Shown here one piece after another: positions 8,272 through 17,309 of a stretch of DNA of 34,047 bases (within the stretch, counting starts at the first letter, position 1; every line of letters begins with the position of its first letter). The stretch comes from Chlamydiota bacterium (GTDB lineage: Bacteria; Auribacterota; Tritonobacteria; UBA1439). The position numbers were made by a program, and so were the translations under genes. The stretch lies in NCBI GenBank assembly GCA_037133055.1, contig JBAXOY010000020.1, positions 1 to 34,047 on the forward strand. The letters run 5' to 3'. The notes under the pieces were generated by a model that saw nothing but the letters and a program-made list of their open reading frames with translations, searched no databases and was not told where the DNA came from.

Positions 8272-9410
8272 GCCGCCCTCCCCGCCTGCGCCCTGGCCCA
8301 TCCGTCCGCCCGGAAGATATCCTCGAGCGACGGGAATAGGACCGGACGGTGCCCCCCCATCACGCCCTCGACGAGCGCCGCGATGCCGGTGAACGGGATC
8401 TCGCCGGCGAGGAACCGCTGCACGGCGATCTCGTTTGCCGCGTTCATGACCGCGGGCATCGTGCCCCCCGCGGCCATCGCGCCCCTGGCGAGCCCGAGCG
8501 CGGGGAATCGCGACGGGTCGGGGCTCTCGAAGTGCAGCGCGCCGAGGCGGTCGAGCTCAAGCGAGCCCCACGGCCCGGCTGCGCGGCGCGGGTGGAGAAG
8601 GGCGTACTGGATCGGGATGCGCATGTCGGCGAGGCTGAGCTGCGCGATCACCGACCCGTCCTCGAACTCGACGAGCGAGTGGACGATGCTCTCCGGGTGG
8701 ACGAGGATATCGATCCTCTCCGGGGCGACGCCGAAGAGCCAGCGCGCCTCGATCATCTCGAGCGCCTTGTTCATCATCGTGGCCGAATCTATGCTGACCT
8801 TCTTCCCCATCTTCCACCGCGGGTGCCTGAGCGCGGCCTCCGGCGTCGCCCGCGCCATCGCGCGCTTCGAGGCCCGCAGGAACGGCCCGCCGGACGCGGT
8901 GAGGATGAGGCGCTTCACCTCGCCGCGCTCACCCGCGCGAAGGCACTGGTGGATCGCGCTGTGCTCGCTGTCCACGGGAAGCACCTCCGCGCCTCGCCTC
9001 GCCGCCTCGCCCATGACGATCTCGCCGGCGCAGACGAGGACCTCCTTGTTGGCGAGCGCGATCCTCTTCCCCGCCCGCACCGCCTCGAGGGTGGGCAAAA
9101 GCCCGGCGGCCCCGACCATCGCCGAAACGACGGTGTCCGCCTCGGGCATCACGGCGAGCCGCGCCATCCCCCCGGGCCCCCCGGCCACCTTGACCCGGTC
9201 CCCGACGAGCGATTTCAATTCCCGGGCCTTCGCCTCGTCCCCCACCGCCACGAGGCGCGGCGTGAACCGCGCGATCTGCGCGGCGAGGGCGGCGATGTTA
9301 CGGCGGACGCCGAGGCCCGCGACGCGGAGCTCGCCCGGGAACGCCTCGATGACCTTCAGGGTGTTCACCCCGATCGAACCGGTCGAGCCGAGCACGACGA
9401 TGGTTCTCAT
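8268..9410 (-). CDS. dxr: 1-deoxy-D-xylulose 5-phosphate reductoisomerase
   Basis: LGSTGSIG, LANKE, PVDSEHSAI, LTASGGPF, HPRWKMGKK, DSATMMNK, NAANE. Confidence 0.98.
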   Translation of the reverse strand: MRTIVVLGSTGSIGVNTLKVIEAFPGELRVAGLGVRRNIAALAAQIARFTPRLVAVGDEAKARELKSLVGDRVKVAGGPGGMARLAVMPEADTVVSAMVGAAGLLPTLEAVRAGKRIALANKEVLVCAGEIVMGEAARRGAEVLPVDSEHSAIHQCLRAGERGEVKRLILTASGGPFLRASKRAMARATPEAALRHPRWKMGKKVSIDSATMMNKALEMIEARWLFGVAPERIDILVHPESIVHSLVEFEDGSVIAQLSLADMRIPIQYALLHPRRAAGPWGSLELDRLGALHFESPDPSRFPALGLARGAMAAGGTMPAVMNAANEIAVQRFLAGEIPFTGIAALVEGVMGGHRPVLFPSLEDIFRADGWARAQAGRAA

Positions 9411-10234
9411 CTGAACAGCACCAGGAAGAGGTACGCGGCGGTGAGCGCGGGGAGCAGGCTGTCCAGCACGTCAAGGGTCCCGCCCATCCCGGGAATGAAG
9501 CCGCTCGAGTCCTTCACGCCCGCGTCCCGCTTCAGCACCGATTCCGCGAGGTCCCCGAACTGCCCGACCACGCTGAGGAGCGCGCCCAGACCGAGCGCGG
9601 TGAGAAGCCCGAGCCCGCACGGGAACCACGCCCACACGATGAGCCCTCCGGCGAGCCCCCCCGCGAGGTTGCCCGCCGCCCCCTCCCACGTCTTGCCGGG
9701 GCTGATGCGCGGGATGAGCTTGTGCCGGCCGACCGCGCTTCCGACCAGGTAGGCGAGGATATCCCCCCCCTTGACGATGAGGAACAGGGCGTAGAGGAGC
9801 CAGCGCCCGTCCGCGCCCGGAAAGTAGAGTATCCTGAAGATGAACGACCAGAGCCAGGCGATGCACACGAATCCCGAGACGACGCCCCCGAGGTTCAGAA
9901 GAGCGCCGCGCGCGTCGCGCGCGTGCACGAGGAGCCCGAAGAGCCCCGCGAGGAGCCCCGCGGCCGCGGGGAGTTCGAGCCTCCCGCCCATCCGCGGGAC
10001 GGCGCAGTCGACGAACACGGCGGCGAGGTAGATCACGGTCGCCGCGGAGCCGTAGCCGGAGAAGACGCGCACCCCCTTCGCCTCCAGCAGCCGGTAATAT
10101 TCTCGCACGCCGGCGAGGCCGAGCAGGGCGGCGATCCCGAAGGAGAGAAGGGCGACCGGCCCGCGGCTGAACCAGACCGCGACGATCACGATCCCTATCA
10201 GGAATATCGCGCTCGTCACTCTCCTCATAAACAT
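9407..10234 (-). CDS. cdsA: Phosphatidate cytidylyltransferase
   Basis: Multi-TM protein with ISPGKTWEG and GDLAESVLKRDAGVKDS..PGMGG.LD..DS. Sits between uppS and dxr. Confidence 0.95.
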   Translation of the reverse strand: MFMRRVTSAIFLIGIVIVAVWFSRGPVALLSFGIAALLGLAGVREYYRLLEAKGVRVFSGYGSAATVIYLAAVFVDCAVPRMGGRLELPAAAGLLAGLFGLLVHARDARGALLNLGGVVSGFVCIAWLWSFIFRILYFPGADGRWLLYALFLIVKGGDILAYLVGSAVGRHKLIPRISPGKTWEGAAGNLAGGLAGGLIVWAWFPCGLGLLTALGLGALLSVVGQFGDLAESVLKRDAGVKDSSGFIPGMGGTLDVLDSLLPALTAAYLFLVLFR

Positions 10235-10252
10235 GGCCGGAATCCTCTCGGA

Positions 10253-10395
10253 AATTCCGAATCCCAAATCCCGATACTATGTGTCCTTATGGGCGGCGTG
10301 CCCTCGGGGCCGGGCGCGGCGGCGGGAGTCTGTGGTGACACGGCAATCGATGTGTCATCCGTTGTTGTGGGATTCGGGATTCGGGATTCGGGATT
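10253..10395. repeat. Inverted pair of 7-bp tandem arrays (AATCCCG)x3 ... (CGGGATT)x4
   Basis: aattccg-aatccca-aatcccg at 10253-10273 and tgggatt-cgggatt-cgggatt-cgggatt at 10368-10395. The right array encodes the UppS tail. Confidence 0.8.
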
Positions 10396-11149
10396 TGACA
10401 CCCTCCACCCCCCCGAACCTCCGCTCCCGCCCCTGGTAGTCGAGGAGCGCCTGGACGAAGTGCGGCCTCCTGAAATCGGGCCAGTAGACCGGGGTCACGT
10501 ACAGCTCCGCGTACGATATCTGCCAGAGAAGAAAATTGCTGACGCGCATCTCGCCGCTCGTGCGGATGAGCAGGTCGGGGTCCGGGATACCGGCGGTGTA
10601 GAGGCTCGCGGAGATCGCATCCTCGTCCACCCCTGCCGCGTCGAGCTCCCCCCGCGCGACCCTCCCGCAGAGCAGGCGGACGGCGTCGGCGATCTCGCTC
10701 CTGCCCCCGTAGTTCAGGGCGAGCACGAGCGTGAGCCCCGTGTTCTCCGCCGTGGCCGCGCAGGCTTTCCGTATCGCCTCGCGCACGTCGGGAGGCAGCC
10801 CGTCGATTCGGCCGATCACCCTGAGCCGGACGTTGTTGTGGTTGAGCTCGCGCTCCTCTTTCGCCAGGAAGCGCTTGAGCAGGCTCATCAGCGAGGAGAC
10901 CTCGCGCTTCGGCCGTTTCCAGTTCTCCACCGAGAATGCATAGAGGGTGAGGAACCCGACCTTGAGCTCGCCGGCCGCGCGCACGATCTCCCGGATCGAT
11001 TCGGCGCCCGCCCAGTGCCCCCTGATCCGGGAAATGCCGCGCTCCCGGGCCCAGCGCCCGTTGCCGTCCATGATGATGGCCACATGCGCGGGGATCCGGC
11101 CGGGGTCGAGGCGCGGCTCCCCGGGGTGATCCGTTGTTGCAGCGCTCAT
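10355..11149 (-). CDS. uppS: Undecaprenyl diphosphate synthase (isoprenyl transferase)
   Basis: HVAIIMDGNGRWA, YAFSVENWKRP, LNYGGR, DLLIRTSGEMRVSNFLLWQ, RRFGG. Confidence 0.97.
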   Translation of the reverse strand: MSAATTDHPGEPRLDPGRIPAHVAIIMDGNGRWARERGISRIRGHWAGAESIREIVRAAGELKVGFLTLYAFSVENWKRPKREVSSLMSLLKRFLAKEERELNHNNVRLRVIGRIDGLPPDVREAIRKACAATAENTGLTLVLALNYGGRSEIADAVRLLCGRVARGELDAAGVDEDAISASLYTAGIPDPDLLIRTSGEMRVSNFLLWQISYAELYVTPVYWPDFRRPHFVQALLDYQGRERRFGGVEGVKSRIPNPESHNNG

Positions 11150-11202
11150 GAGATGTCACTCCGGGAGGGGCGGGGCGCGGGAACACTGCGGGAACACAAC
11201 GG

Positions 11203-12447
11203 TCAGGCGCTCTTCTTTCCCTCGGCGGCGTACTCCATGACGGGTTTCCCGGTCCCCCGCACCACTTCCTCCGTGATCGCGCAGCCCGTGAGCCCGCGCT
11301 GCGAGGGGACCTCGTACATGACGTCGAGCATGAGCTCCTCGAGCATGAGCCGGAGCGCGCGGGCCCCTGTCCCCTTTTTCATGGCGCGCTGCGCGAGCTC
11401 CCTGAGGGCGGCGGGGGTGAAGGAGAGCTCGACGCCCTCCATATCGAGGAGGGCCTTGAACTGGCGGACGATGGCGTTGCGCGGCTCTGTGAGTATCCGG
11501 ATGAGATCCTCCTCGGCGAGCCCCGACAGGGTGGCGACCACCGGCATGCGCCCGACGAACTCGGGGATCATGCCGTACTCGATCAGGTCCTCCGGCTGCA
11601 CGCGCGCGAGGATCTCGCCGCGCATCTTCTCGGCCACCCCGGCGAGCTTCACCCCGAACCCGACCCGCTTCTGCCCCAGGCGCCGGGAGATGATCTCCTC
11701 GAGGCCGTTGAACGCCCCGCCGCAGATAAAGAGGATATTGGTCGTGTCGACCGGGATGTACTCCTGGTGGGGGTGCTTGCGGCCGCCCTTCGGGGGCACG
11801 TTGGCGACCGTCCCCTCGAGGATCTTCAACAGCGCCTGCTGGACCCCCTCGCCGGAAACGTCCCGTGTGATGGAGACATTGCTCACCGTCCGGCGTATCT
11901 TGTCGATCTCGTCGATGTAGACGATGCCGCGCTCGGCCCACGCCGTGTCGTAGTTCGCGGCCTGAAGCAGGCGCAGGATGACGTTCTCCACGTCCTCCCC
12001 GACGTACCCGGCCTCCGTGAGCGTCGTGGCGTCGGAGATGCTGAAGGGGACGCTGAGGATCTTCGCCAGCGTCCGCGCGAAGAGGGTCTTCCCGGAGCCG
12101 GTGGGGCCGATGAGGAGGATGTTGCTCTTCTCGAGCTCCACGTCGTCGCCGGGCGCCCCGTGGGTGAGGCGCTTGGTGTGGTTGTGCACCGCGACCGAAA
12201 TCGAGCGCTTGGCGCGCTCCTGCCCGATCACGTACTCGTCGAGGCGGCGCTTGATATCCGCGGGCTTCGGGACCTTCAGGCGGCTCCCGGCGGGCGGCTG
12301 CGTCAGGAAGTTTCGGCAGAGCTCGACGCAACGGTCGCAGATGTTCGCCCCGGGGCCCGCGATGAGCTTCCCCACCGCGCTGCGGTCGCGCCCGCAGAAG
12401 GAGCACTCCGCGACGCGCCCGCGGGCATTCGATGTCTTACTTGCCAC
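11203..12447 (-). CDS. clpX: ATP-dependent Clp protease ATP-binding subunit ClpX
   Basis: N-terminal CSFC...CDRC zinc finger, [36 protein letters not shown] loop, TGARALR. Confidence 0.98.
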   Translation of the reverse strand: MASKTSNARGRVAECSFCGRDRSAVGKLIAGPGANICDRCVELCRNFLTQPPAGSRLKVPKPADIKRRLDEYVIGQERAKRSISVAVHNHTKRLTHGAPGDDVELEKSNILLIGPTGSGKTLFARTLAKILSVPFSISDATTLTEAGYVGEDVENVILRLLQAANYDTAWAERGIVYIDEIDKIRRTVSNVSITRDVSGEGVQQALLKILEGTVANVPPKGGRKHPHQEYIPVDTTNILFICGGAFNGLEEIISRRLGQKRVGFGVKLAGVAEKMRGEILARVQPEDLIEYGMIPEFVGRMPVVATLSGLAEEDLIRILTEPRNAIVRQFKALLDMEGVELSFTPAALRELAQRAMKKGTGARALRLMLEELMLDVMYEVPSQRGLTGCAITEEVVRGTGKPVMEYAAEGKKSA

Positions 12448-13045
12448 CCTTCGCCTCCTTCTGCGTCACGATCACCTGGTCCACAAGGCCGTAGGCGCGC
12501 GCCTCGTCGGCGCTCATGTAGAAATCGCGGTCGGTGTCGCGCGTGACATCCGCGAGGCTCTTCCCCGTGTGGCGCGCGAGAAGCTCATTGATCTTCTCCC
12601 GAAGCCGCAGGATCTCCTGCGCCTGGATGCTGATGTCGGCCGCCGCGCCCTGGACGCCGCCCCAAGGCTGGTGGATCATGAGCCGCGCGTGCGGGAGGCA
12701 GTGGCGCTTCCCCTTCGACCCGGCCGCGAGGATGAGCGCCGCCATGCTCGCCGCCTGCCCCACGCAGTAGGTATTGACGTCGCACCGGACGAACTGGATC
12801 GTGTCGTAGATGGCGAGCCCGGCCGTGACGGAGCCGCCGGGGGAGTTGATGTAAAGGTTGATATCCTTGTCCGGGTCCTCCATCTGGAGGAAGAGCATCT
12901 GGGCGACGACGAGGTTGGAGACGTTGTCGTCGATCGCCGTGCCGATGAACACGATGCGGTCCTTGAGGAGCCGCGAGTAGATGTCGTACGCCCGCTCGTA
13001 GCGGCCGGTGGTCTCGACCACCATGGGGATGAGCTGGTTCTTCAT
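12437..13045 (-). CDS. clpP: ATP-dependent Clp protease proteolytic subunit
   Basis: [25 protein letters not shown] (catalytic Ser), MIHQP, DRD. GGAGG RBS before MKNQLIPMV. Confidence 0.98.
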   Translation of the reverse strand: MKNQLIPMVVETTGRYERAYDIYSRLLKDRIVFIGTAIDDNVSNLVVAQMLFLQMEDPDKDINLYINSPGGSVTAGLAIYDTIQFVRCDVNTYCVGQAASMAALILAAGSKGKRHCLPHARLMIHQPWGGVQGAAADISIQAQEILRLREKINELLARHTGKSLADVTRDTDRDFYMSADEARAYGLVDQVIVTQKEAKGGK

Positions 13046-13070
13046 TTCGCCTCCAAGTTTTAATGTCGGG

Positions 13071-13238
13071 ACGCAGATCACGCAGATTGTCAGGATGAAC
13101 GCGGCGACAACCATGGTTCAGGGTTCAGCGTCCGAGGTTCAAAAAATATTCCAAATCTGTGTTCGTCCGAGTCCGGAAAACCCTTTCTTTGTTCCGTCGT
13201 TGTATCCTGCCTATCCTGACGATCTGCGTTCATCTGCG
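13071..13238. repeat. ~26-bp inverted repeat built from ~9-bp units (ACGCAGAT / ATCTGCGT), enclosing about 115 bp
   Basis: Left arm acgcagatcacgcagattgtcaggat (13071-13096). Right arm atcctgacgatctgcgttcatctgcg (13213-13238). The arms are nearly perfect reverse complements. Confidence 0.8.
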
Positions 13239-13264
13239 GGCCACGTTGCGAACCCCGCGCCCCC

Positions 13265-14551
13265 TTATTCCTTCGCCTCTTTGATCTTCGCCTTTTCGAG
13301 GAGGAACGCCTCGATTTTCTCCCTGACGATGTTCTCCTCGATGGCGTCCAGGCGGTCGTTCTTCTCCAGGGAGGCCCGCACCTCCACTGGGTCCCGTTTC
13401 AGCCTGGCGGCGACCTCGTTCACCCGCGCGTCGACCTCCGCGGGGGCGACGACGATGTTCTCGCGCTTCGCGATCTGCCCGTACAGGCAGGAGAGCGCCA
13501 GGCTCTTCTCCGCCTCCTTGCGCGAGGCCGCCATGAGCTCTTCCTTCCGCCCGAGGATATCCTCTTTTTTCAACCCCTGGGAGAGGAGACGCGCGGCGGT
13601 CTTTTCCGCGAGGGAGACCGCGTCCAGCGTCACGCGCGTCTGCGGCAGGGGGATTTTGTGGTGTTCCAGAAGGTAGTCGTTGATCTGCCGGATCAGGTCC
13701 TGGCGCGCCTCGGTCTCGGCATAGGCGAGGAGGTCCTTCCCGACCGCGGCCCGGAACTCCTCCGCGTTCGCGTAGCTTCCGAGCTCCCTGCAGAACTCGT
13801 CGGTGAGCTCGGGGACCCGCTTCCCCTTGATCTCGTGCACGGTGACGGTGAAGCGGGCCTCCTTGCCGCGCAATTCCTCCCGGACGCCTTCGGCGGGGAG
13901 CGTCATCGCGAACTCCCGCGTCTCCCCCGGCCGTGCGTCGTTAAGCTTCTCGCAGAAGCCGGCGCAGTAGGACTGCGACCCCGCCTCGAGCCACGCGGAT
14001 TTTTTCTCGTCGAAGACCGCGTCGCCCGTCGTGCCGCGGAGGTCGAGGAGCGTGAAATCGCCCCCCCGAAGCCCCCGCCCCTCGACGGGGACAAACTCGG
14101 CGTGCTGGTCGAGGAGCATGCTGATGTATCCCTCGACATCCTCGCTCTTCACCTCGACCTTCTTCTTCGTGACCCTGATCCCGGTGTAGCCGCTCGCGGT
14201 CACCTCCGGCCACACCTCCACCTCGACCTCGAAGCGGAACGGCAGCCCCGGCGCGAGGGCGAGCGCCTTGATGTCGAGCCGTGGCGTGACGGTCGGATCG
14301 AGGCGGTTCCCCTTCAGCGCGTCCGCGAACGACTCCTCGACGAGCAACTCCTTGATATCCTCGCGCACCTTCGCCCCGTAGTGGAGTTCGATCACCCGCC
14401 GGGGCGCCTTCCCCTGCCTGAAGCCGGGGACGGAGGCCTTGCGGCCCACCTGCGCGTAGGCTCGCTCCATCTCCTCGTCCACGCGCGACGCGGGCACCTC
14501 GATGCTCAGCTTCCTGAGGCACGGGCCGAGCGTTTCCACCTTCATCTCCAT
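13265..14551 (-). CDS. tig: Trigger factor
   Basis: Ribosome-binding motif VPGFRQGKAP, FKBP-like middle region, canonical position upstream of clpP-clpX. Start could be 14545. Confidence 0.95.
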   Translation of the reverse strand: MEMKVETLGPCLRKLSIEVPASRVDEEMERAYAQVGRKASVPGFRQGKAPRRVIELHYGAKVREDIKELLVEESFADALKGNRLDPTVTPRLDIKALALAPGLPFRFEVEVEVWPEVTASGYTGIRVTKKKVEVKSEDVEGYISMLLDQHAEFVPVEGRGLRGGDFTLLDLRGTTGDAVFDEKKSAWLEAGSQSYCAGFCEKLNDARPGETREFAMTLPAEGVREELRGKEARFTVTVHEIKGKRVPELTDEFCRELGSYANAEEFRAAVGKDLLAYAETEARQDLIRQINDYLLEHHKIPLPQTRVTLDAVSLAEKTAARLLSQGLKKEDILGRKEELMAASRKEAEKSLALSCLYGQIAKRENIVVAPAEVDARVNEVAARLKRDPVEVRASLEKNDRLDAIEENIVREKIEAFLLEKAKIKEAKE

Positions 14552-14675
14552 CTCGAAACCCCTTATCCCCTCTGGTCTCCGCGTCCCCGGCGGCGACTTC
14601 AAAGCCCGCCGCGCGCTTCCTCTCACATCCCGCAGGCGGGACGGGCGTTGTTCCCGCCTCGCGCGGATAGAATAA

Positions 14676-14751
14676 TGGAGCGAGCGAGGGGATTCGAACC
14701 CCCGACAGCCACCTTGGCAAGGTGGTGCTCTACCAGCTGAGCTACGCTCGC
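14676..14751 (-). tRNA. tRNA-Gly (GCC)
   Basis: GCGAGCG acceptor stem, anticodon arm CCACC-TTGCCAA-GGTGG, GTTCGAATC T-loop, encoded CCA. Confidence 0.97.
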
Positions 14752-14813
14752 CCCCGTGATCCGTCGCCCCGTCGTGTACACCGTACCCGATGCGCCGCGC
14801 CGCCCGCGCTCCA

Positions 14814-14898
14814 TGGTGCGAGAGGGGGGAGTCGAACCCCCACGCCTTACGGCATAAGATCCTAAATCTTACGTGTCTGCCAGTTCCACCACTCTCGC
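14814..14898 (-). tRNA. tRNA-Leu (TAG)
   Basis: 85 nt with a long variable arm, anticodon arm TAAGA-TTTAGGA-TCTTA, GTTCGACTC T-loop, CCA end. Confidence 0.97.
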
Positions 14899-14986
14899 GC
14901 CGGCTGTCGTTGCCGTGCTCCGACTCTTTACATCATTTCTTCTTCTGCCGGAAACCAGGACCCGGGAACCGTAGGTGCCGTGGTAA

Positions 14987-15061
14987 TGGTGCGCCACCAG
15001 GGACTCGAACCCCGAACCTCCTGATTAAGAGTCAGCTGCTCTACCATTGAGCTAGTGGCGC
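14987..15061 (-). tRNA. tRNA-Lys (CTT)
   Basis: GCGCCAC/GTGGCGC acceptor stem, CTGA-CTCTTAA-TCAG anticodon arm, GTTCGAGTC T-loop, CCA end. Confidence 0.95.
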
Positions 15062-15070
15062 CCGTGCACT

Positions 15071-15099
15071 ATAGTATACTACCCTCCGGACGGGGTCAA
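15071..15099 (-). promoter_or_regulatory. sigma70 promoter of the tRNA(-tig-clp) transcript
   Basis: TTGACC-17 bp-TACTAT, ending 9 bp upstream of tRNA-Lys. Confidence 0.75.
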
Positions 15100-15121
15100 G
15101 CGCCAGTTGCCGCGCTGGCCG

Positions 15122-15159
15122 CCTATAGGTCCCATAAAACCTATAGGACCTATGGGACC
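15122..15159. repeat. 9-bp tandem array with internal palindromy (CCTATAGGA-type)
   Basis: cctataggt-cccataaaa-cctatagga-cctatggga. ggtcccata (15128-15136) pairs with tatgggacc (15151-15159). Confidence 0.7.
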
Positions 15160-15165
15160 GATGCC

Positions 15166-15990
15166 ATGACGACCGTACTGACGACCGGACCGCTTCTCGC
15201 CTCCCTGCTTCTCGCCTCGGCCCCCGCGGCCGCCCCGCCCTTCTCCCCGGGGGAGAAACTCCACTACAAGGGCTATGTCCTCGGCTGGATTCCCGTGGGG
15301 GACGTCTGGTTCGAGGTCAAAAAGGACACCCATGAGGGCAAAGAGGTCTACCGTTTCGATGCCCGCGCCTCCGGGAGCTATCTCGTGTACACGCTCGATA
15401 TCCGGATGACCTCGCTGGTGGACCCGGTGACGCTCAGGAGCGAGGAGTTCCGCCGCCGCGAGGTCGGGACGGAGAAGCGGGATAACCGGGTCCTCTTCGA
15501 CAGGGACCGATCAAAGGGAACCTTTCTCCGCAAGAAGGGCCGGTTCTCCTCGGTGGCGAAGATGGACGCGGCCCCGTGGGAACGGCGCGCCGTGTTCCCG
15601 ATCCACGGCGAGGTGAACGACATCCTCTACACGCTCTATTTCGCCCGGGGCATCGGGGATGCGGTCGGAACCCGCGTGAACTATTGGTTCGTTGAGAACC
15701 GGGACGTCTGGAAGACGCGGGTGACGGTGGCCGGGGAACAGAAGCTCCCTCTCGGGAAGCTGGGGACATTCGACGCGCTCGAGATAACCATCGAGCCCGA
15801 TTATAGCAAGGACGAGAACGCCGGGAGAAAATTCAGCGGCCTCTTCGGCGTCCAGGGCACGCTGAACGTCCTGGTGGACAAGAAGACGCGGATCCCGCTC
15901 ATCGTCAGCGGGGAGCTTCCGTTCGCCATCTTCCGCCCCACCGTCTCCGTCGTGCTCCAGGACTGGTCTCTGCCCGGGAAGGGGCGGTGA
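15166..15990 (+). CDS. DUF3108 family secreted/envelope protein
   Basis: Signal peptide, PFSPGEKLHY...IPVG start, beta-rich body, C-terminal VDKKTRIPL pattern. Confidence 0.75.
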   Translation: MTTVLTTGPLLASLLLASAPAAAPPFSPGEKLHYKGYVLGWIPVGDVWFEVKKDTHEGKEVYRFDARASGSYLVYTLDIRMTSLVDPVTLRSEEFRRREVGTEKRDNRVLFDRDRSKGTFLRKKGRFSSVAKMDAAPWERRAVFPIHGEVNDILYTLYFARGIGDAVGTRVNYWFVENRDVWKTRVTVAGEQKLPLGKLGTFDALEITIEPDYSKDENAGRKFSGLFGVQGTLNVLVDKKTRIPLIVSGELPFAIFRPTVSVVLQDWSLPGKGR

Positions 15991-16033
15991 TCGTCCCGCA
16001 GTGAGGCGCGACGCCGGTGTCGATGCCCGACAC

Positions 16034-16089
16034 CCACGGACGAACCACGGACGAACGTTATTGCGCCGCCGGGCACGGCGGATTATAAT
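16034..16089 (+). promoter_or_regulatory. arn operon promoter with upstream 11-bp direct repeat (candidate response-regulator box)
   Basis: CCACGGACGAA x2 (16034-16055), then TTGCGC (16061)-17 bp-TATAAT (16084-16089), then GGAGG RBS. Confidence 0.65.
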
Positions 16090-16112
16090 GCGTTCTTGTA
16101 CCGGAGGTTTGA

Positions 16113-17309
16113 ATGACACGCGCTGAAAGCGCCGCCGCGAAACCCGGCAGGGGGACCATGCTCGCCTTCTCGCGCCCGTCGCTGGGGGACGAGGAGATCG
16201 CCGAGATCGTCCACTCCATAAAGTCCGGATGGATCACCACCGGGCCGAAGTGCGCCCAGTTCGAGAAGGACGTCTGCGCCTACGTCGGGGCGAAGCACGG
16301 CATCGCCCTCACCTCGGCCACCGCCGGGCTCCACCTCGCCCTCCTCGCAGCGGGGATAGGCCCCGGGGACGAGGTGATCACCACCTCCATGACCTTCGCC
16401 GCCACCGCCAACATGATCGCCCTCGTCGGGGCGAAGCCGGTCTTCGCGGACATCCGGGACGACTTGAACATCGATCCCGGCCTCATCGAGGCCGCGATCA
16501 CCCCCAGGACGAAGGCGGTCATGCCCGTCCACTTCGCCGGCTACCCGTGCGACATGGACCGTATCATGGAGATCGCCCGCAGGCGCGGGCTCCTGGTGAT
16601 CGAGGACGCCGCGCACGCCATCGGCACGGAATATCGCGGCCGGAGGATCGGCTCGATCGGCGCCATGACGGTCTTCAGCTTCCATCCGATCAAGAACATC
16701 ACCACCGGCGAGGGGGGGATGCTCCTCACGGACGACGACGCCCTCGCGGAGAAGGTGCGGCTCCTCAAGTTCCACGGCATCCAGAAGGACGCGTGGAAGC
16801 GCTACGGGGCGAAGGAGATCCCCCAGTACGAGATCCTGTTCCCCGGCTTCAAGTACAACCTCACCGACCTCCAGGCGGCCCTCGGGATACACCAGTTGAA
16901 GAAGCTCGACGGCTTCATCGAGGTGCGGACGCGGCACGCGGAGCTCTACCGCCGCCTGCTCGGCGGCGCCCCGGGCGTCATCCTCCCCCGGACTCCCCCC
17001 GAGAAGGGCACGCGCCACTGCTGGCACCTGTTCGTGGTTCTCGCCGACATCGACCGTCTGACCATCGACCGGGACCGGTTCATGGGGCAGATGCTCGAGG
17101 CGAACATCGGCATCGGGCTTCACTTCCCCGCCGTGCACCTCCAGCCGTACTACCAGAAGACATTCGGCTGCAGGCGCGGCACCCTCCCGAAGACCGAGTT
17201 CGTTTCCGACCGCATCTTCTCCCTCCCCCTCTACCCGGGGATGAGCGGGACGGACGTCTCCGATGCCGCGGGGGCGGTGAAGGACATCGTCGCGAGGCAC
17301 GCGAAATGA
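16113..17309 (+). CDS. arnB: UDP-4-amino-4-deoxy-L-arabinose aminotransferase (DegT/DnrJ/EryC1/StrS family)
   Basis: SGWITTGPK, SATAGLH, EDAAHA, FSFHPIKNITTGEGG (PLP Lys), LKFHG, PGFKYNLTD; arn context. Confidence 0.9.
   Translation: MTRAESAAAKPGRGTMLAFSRPSLGDEEIAEIVHSIKSGWITTGPKCAQFEKDVCAYVGAKHGIALTSATAGLHLALLAAGIGPGDEVITTSMTFAATANMIALVGAKPVFADIRDDLNIDPGLIEAAITPRTKAVMPVHFAGYPCDMDRIMEIARRRGLLVIEDAAHAIGTEYRGRRIGSIGAMTVFSFHPIKNITTGEGGMLLTDDDALAEKVRLLKFHGIQKDAWKRYGAKEIPQYEILFPGFKYNLTDLQAALGIHQLKKLDGFIEVRTRHAELYRRLLGGAPGVILPRTPPEKGTRHCWHLFVVLADIDRLTIDRDRFMGQMLEANIGIGLHFPAVHLQPYYQKTFGCRRGTLPKTEFVSDRIFSLPLYPGMSGTDVSDAAGAVKDIVARHAK

Noticed and set aside
7060..14740. Long plus-strand ORFs (784, 732, 467, 361, 360 aa etc.) opposite the housekeeping genes
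   Set aside because: Antisense shadow ORFs expected from high-GC codon bias; no motifs.
14676..15061. tRNA cluster as an integration site for a prophage or island
   Set aside because: No integrase and no duplicated tRNA 3' end were seen in the window. The G:G mismatch at the top of the tRNA-Lys anticodon stem is too minor to call a pseudogene.
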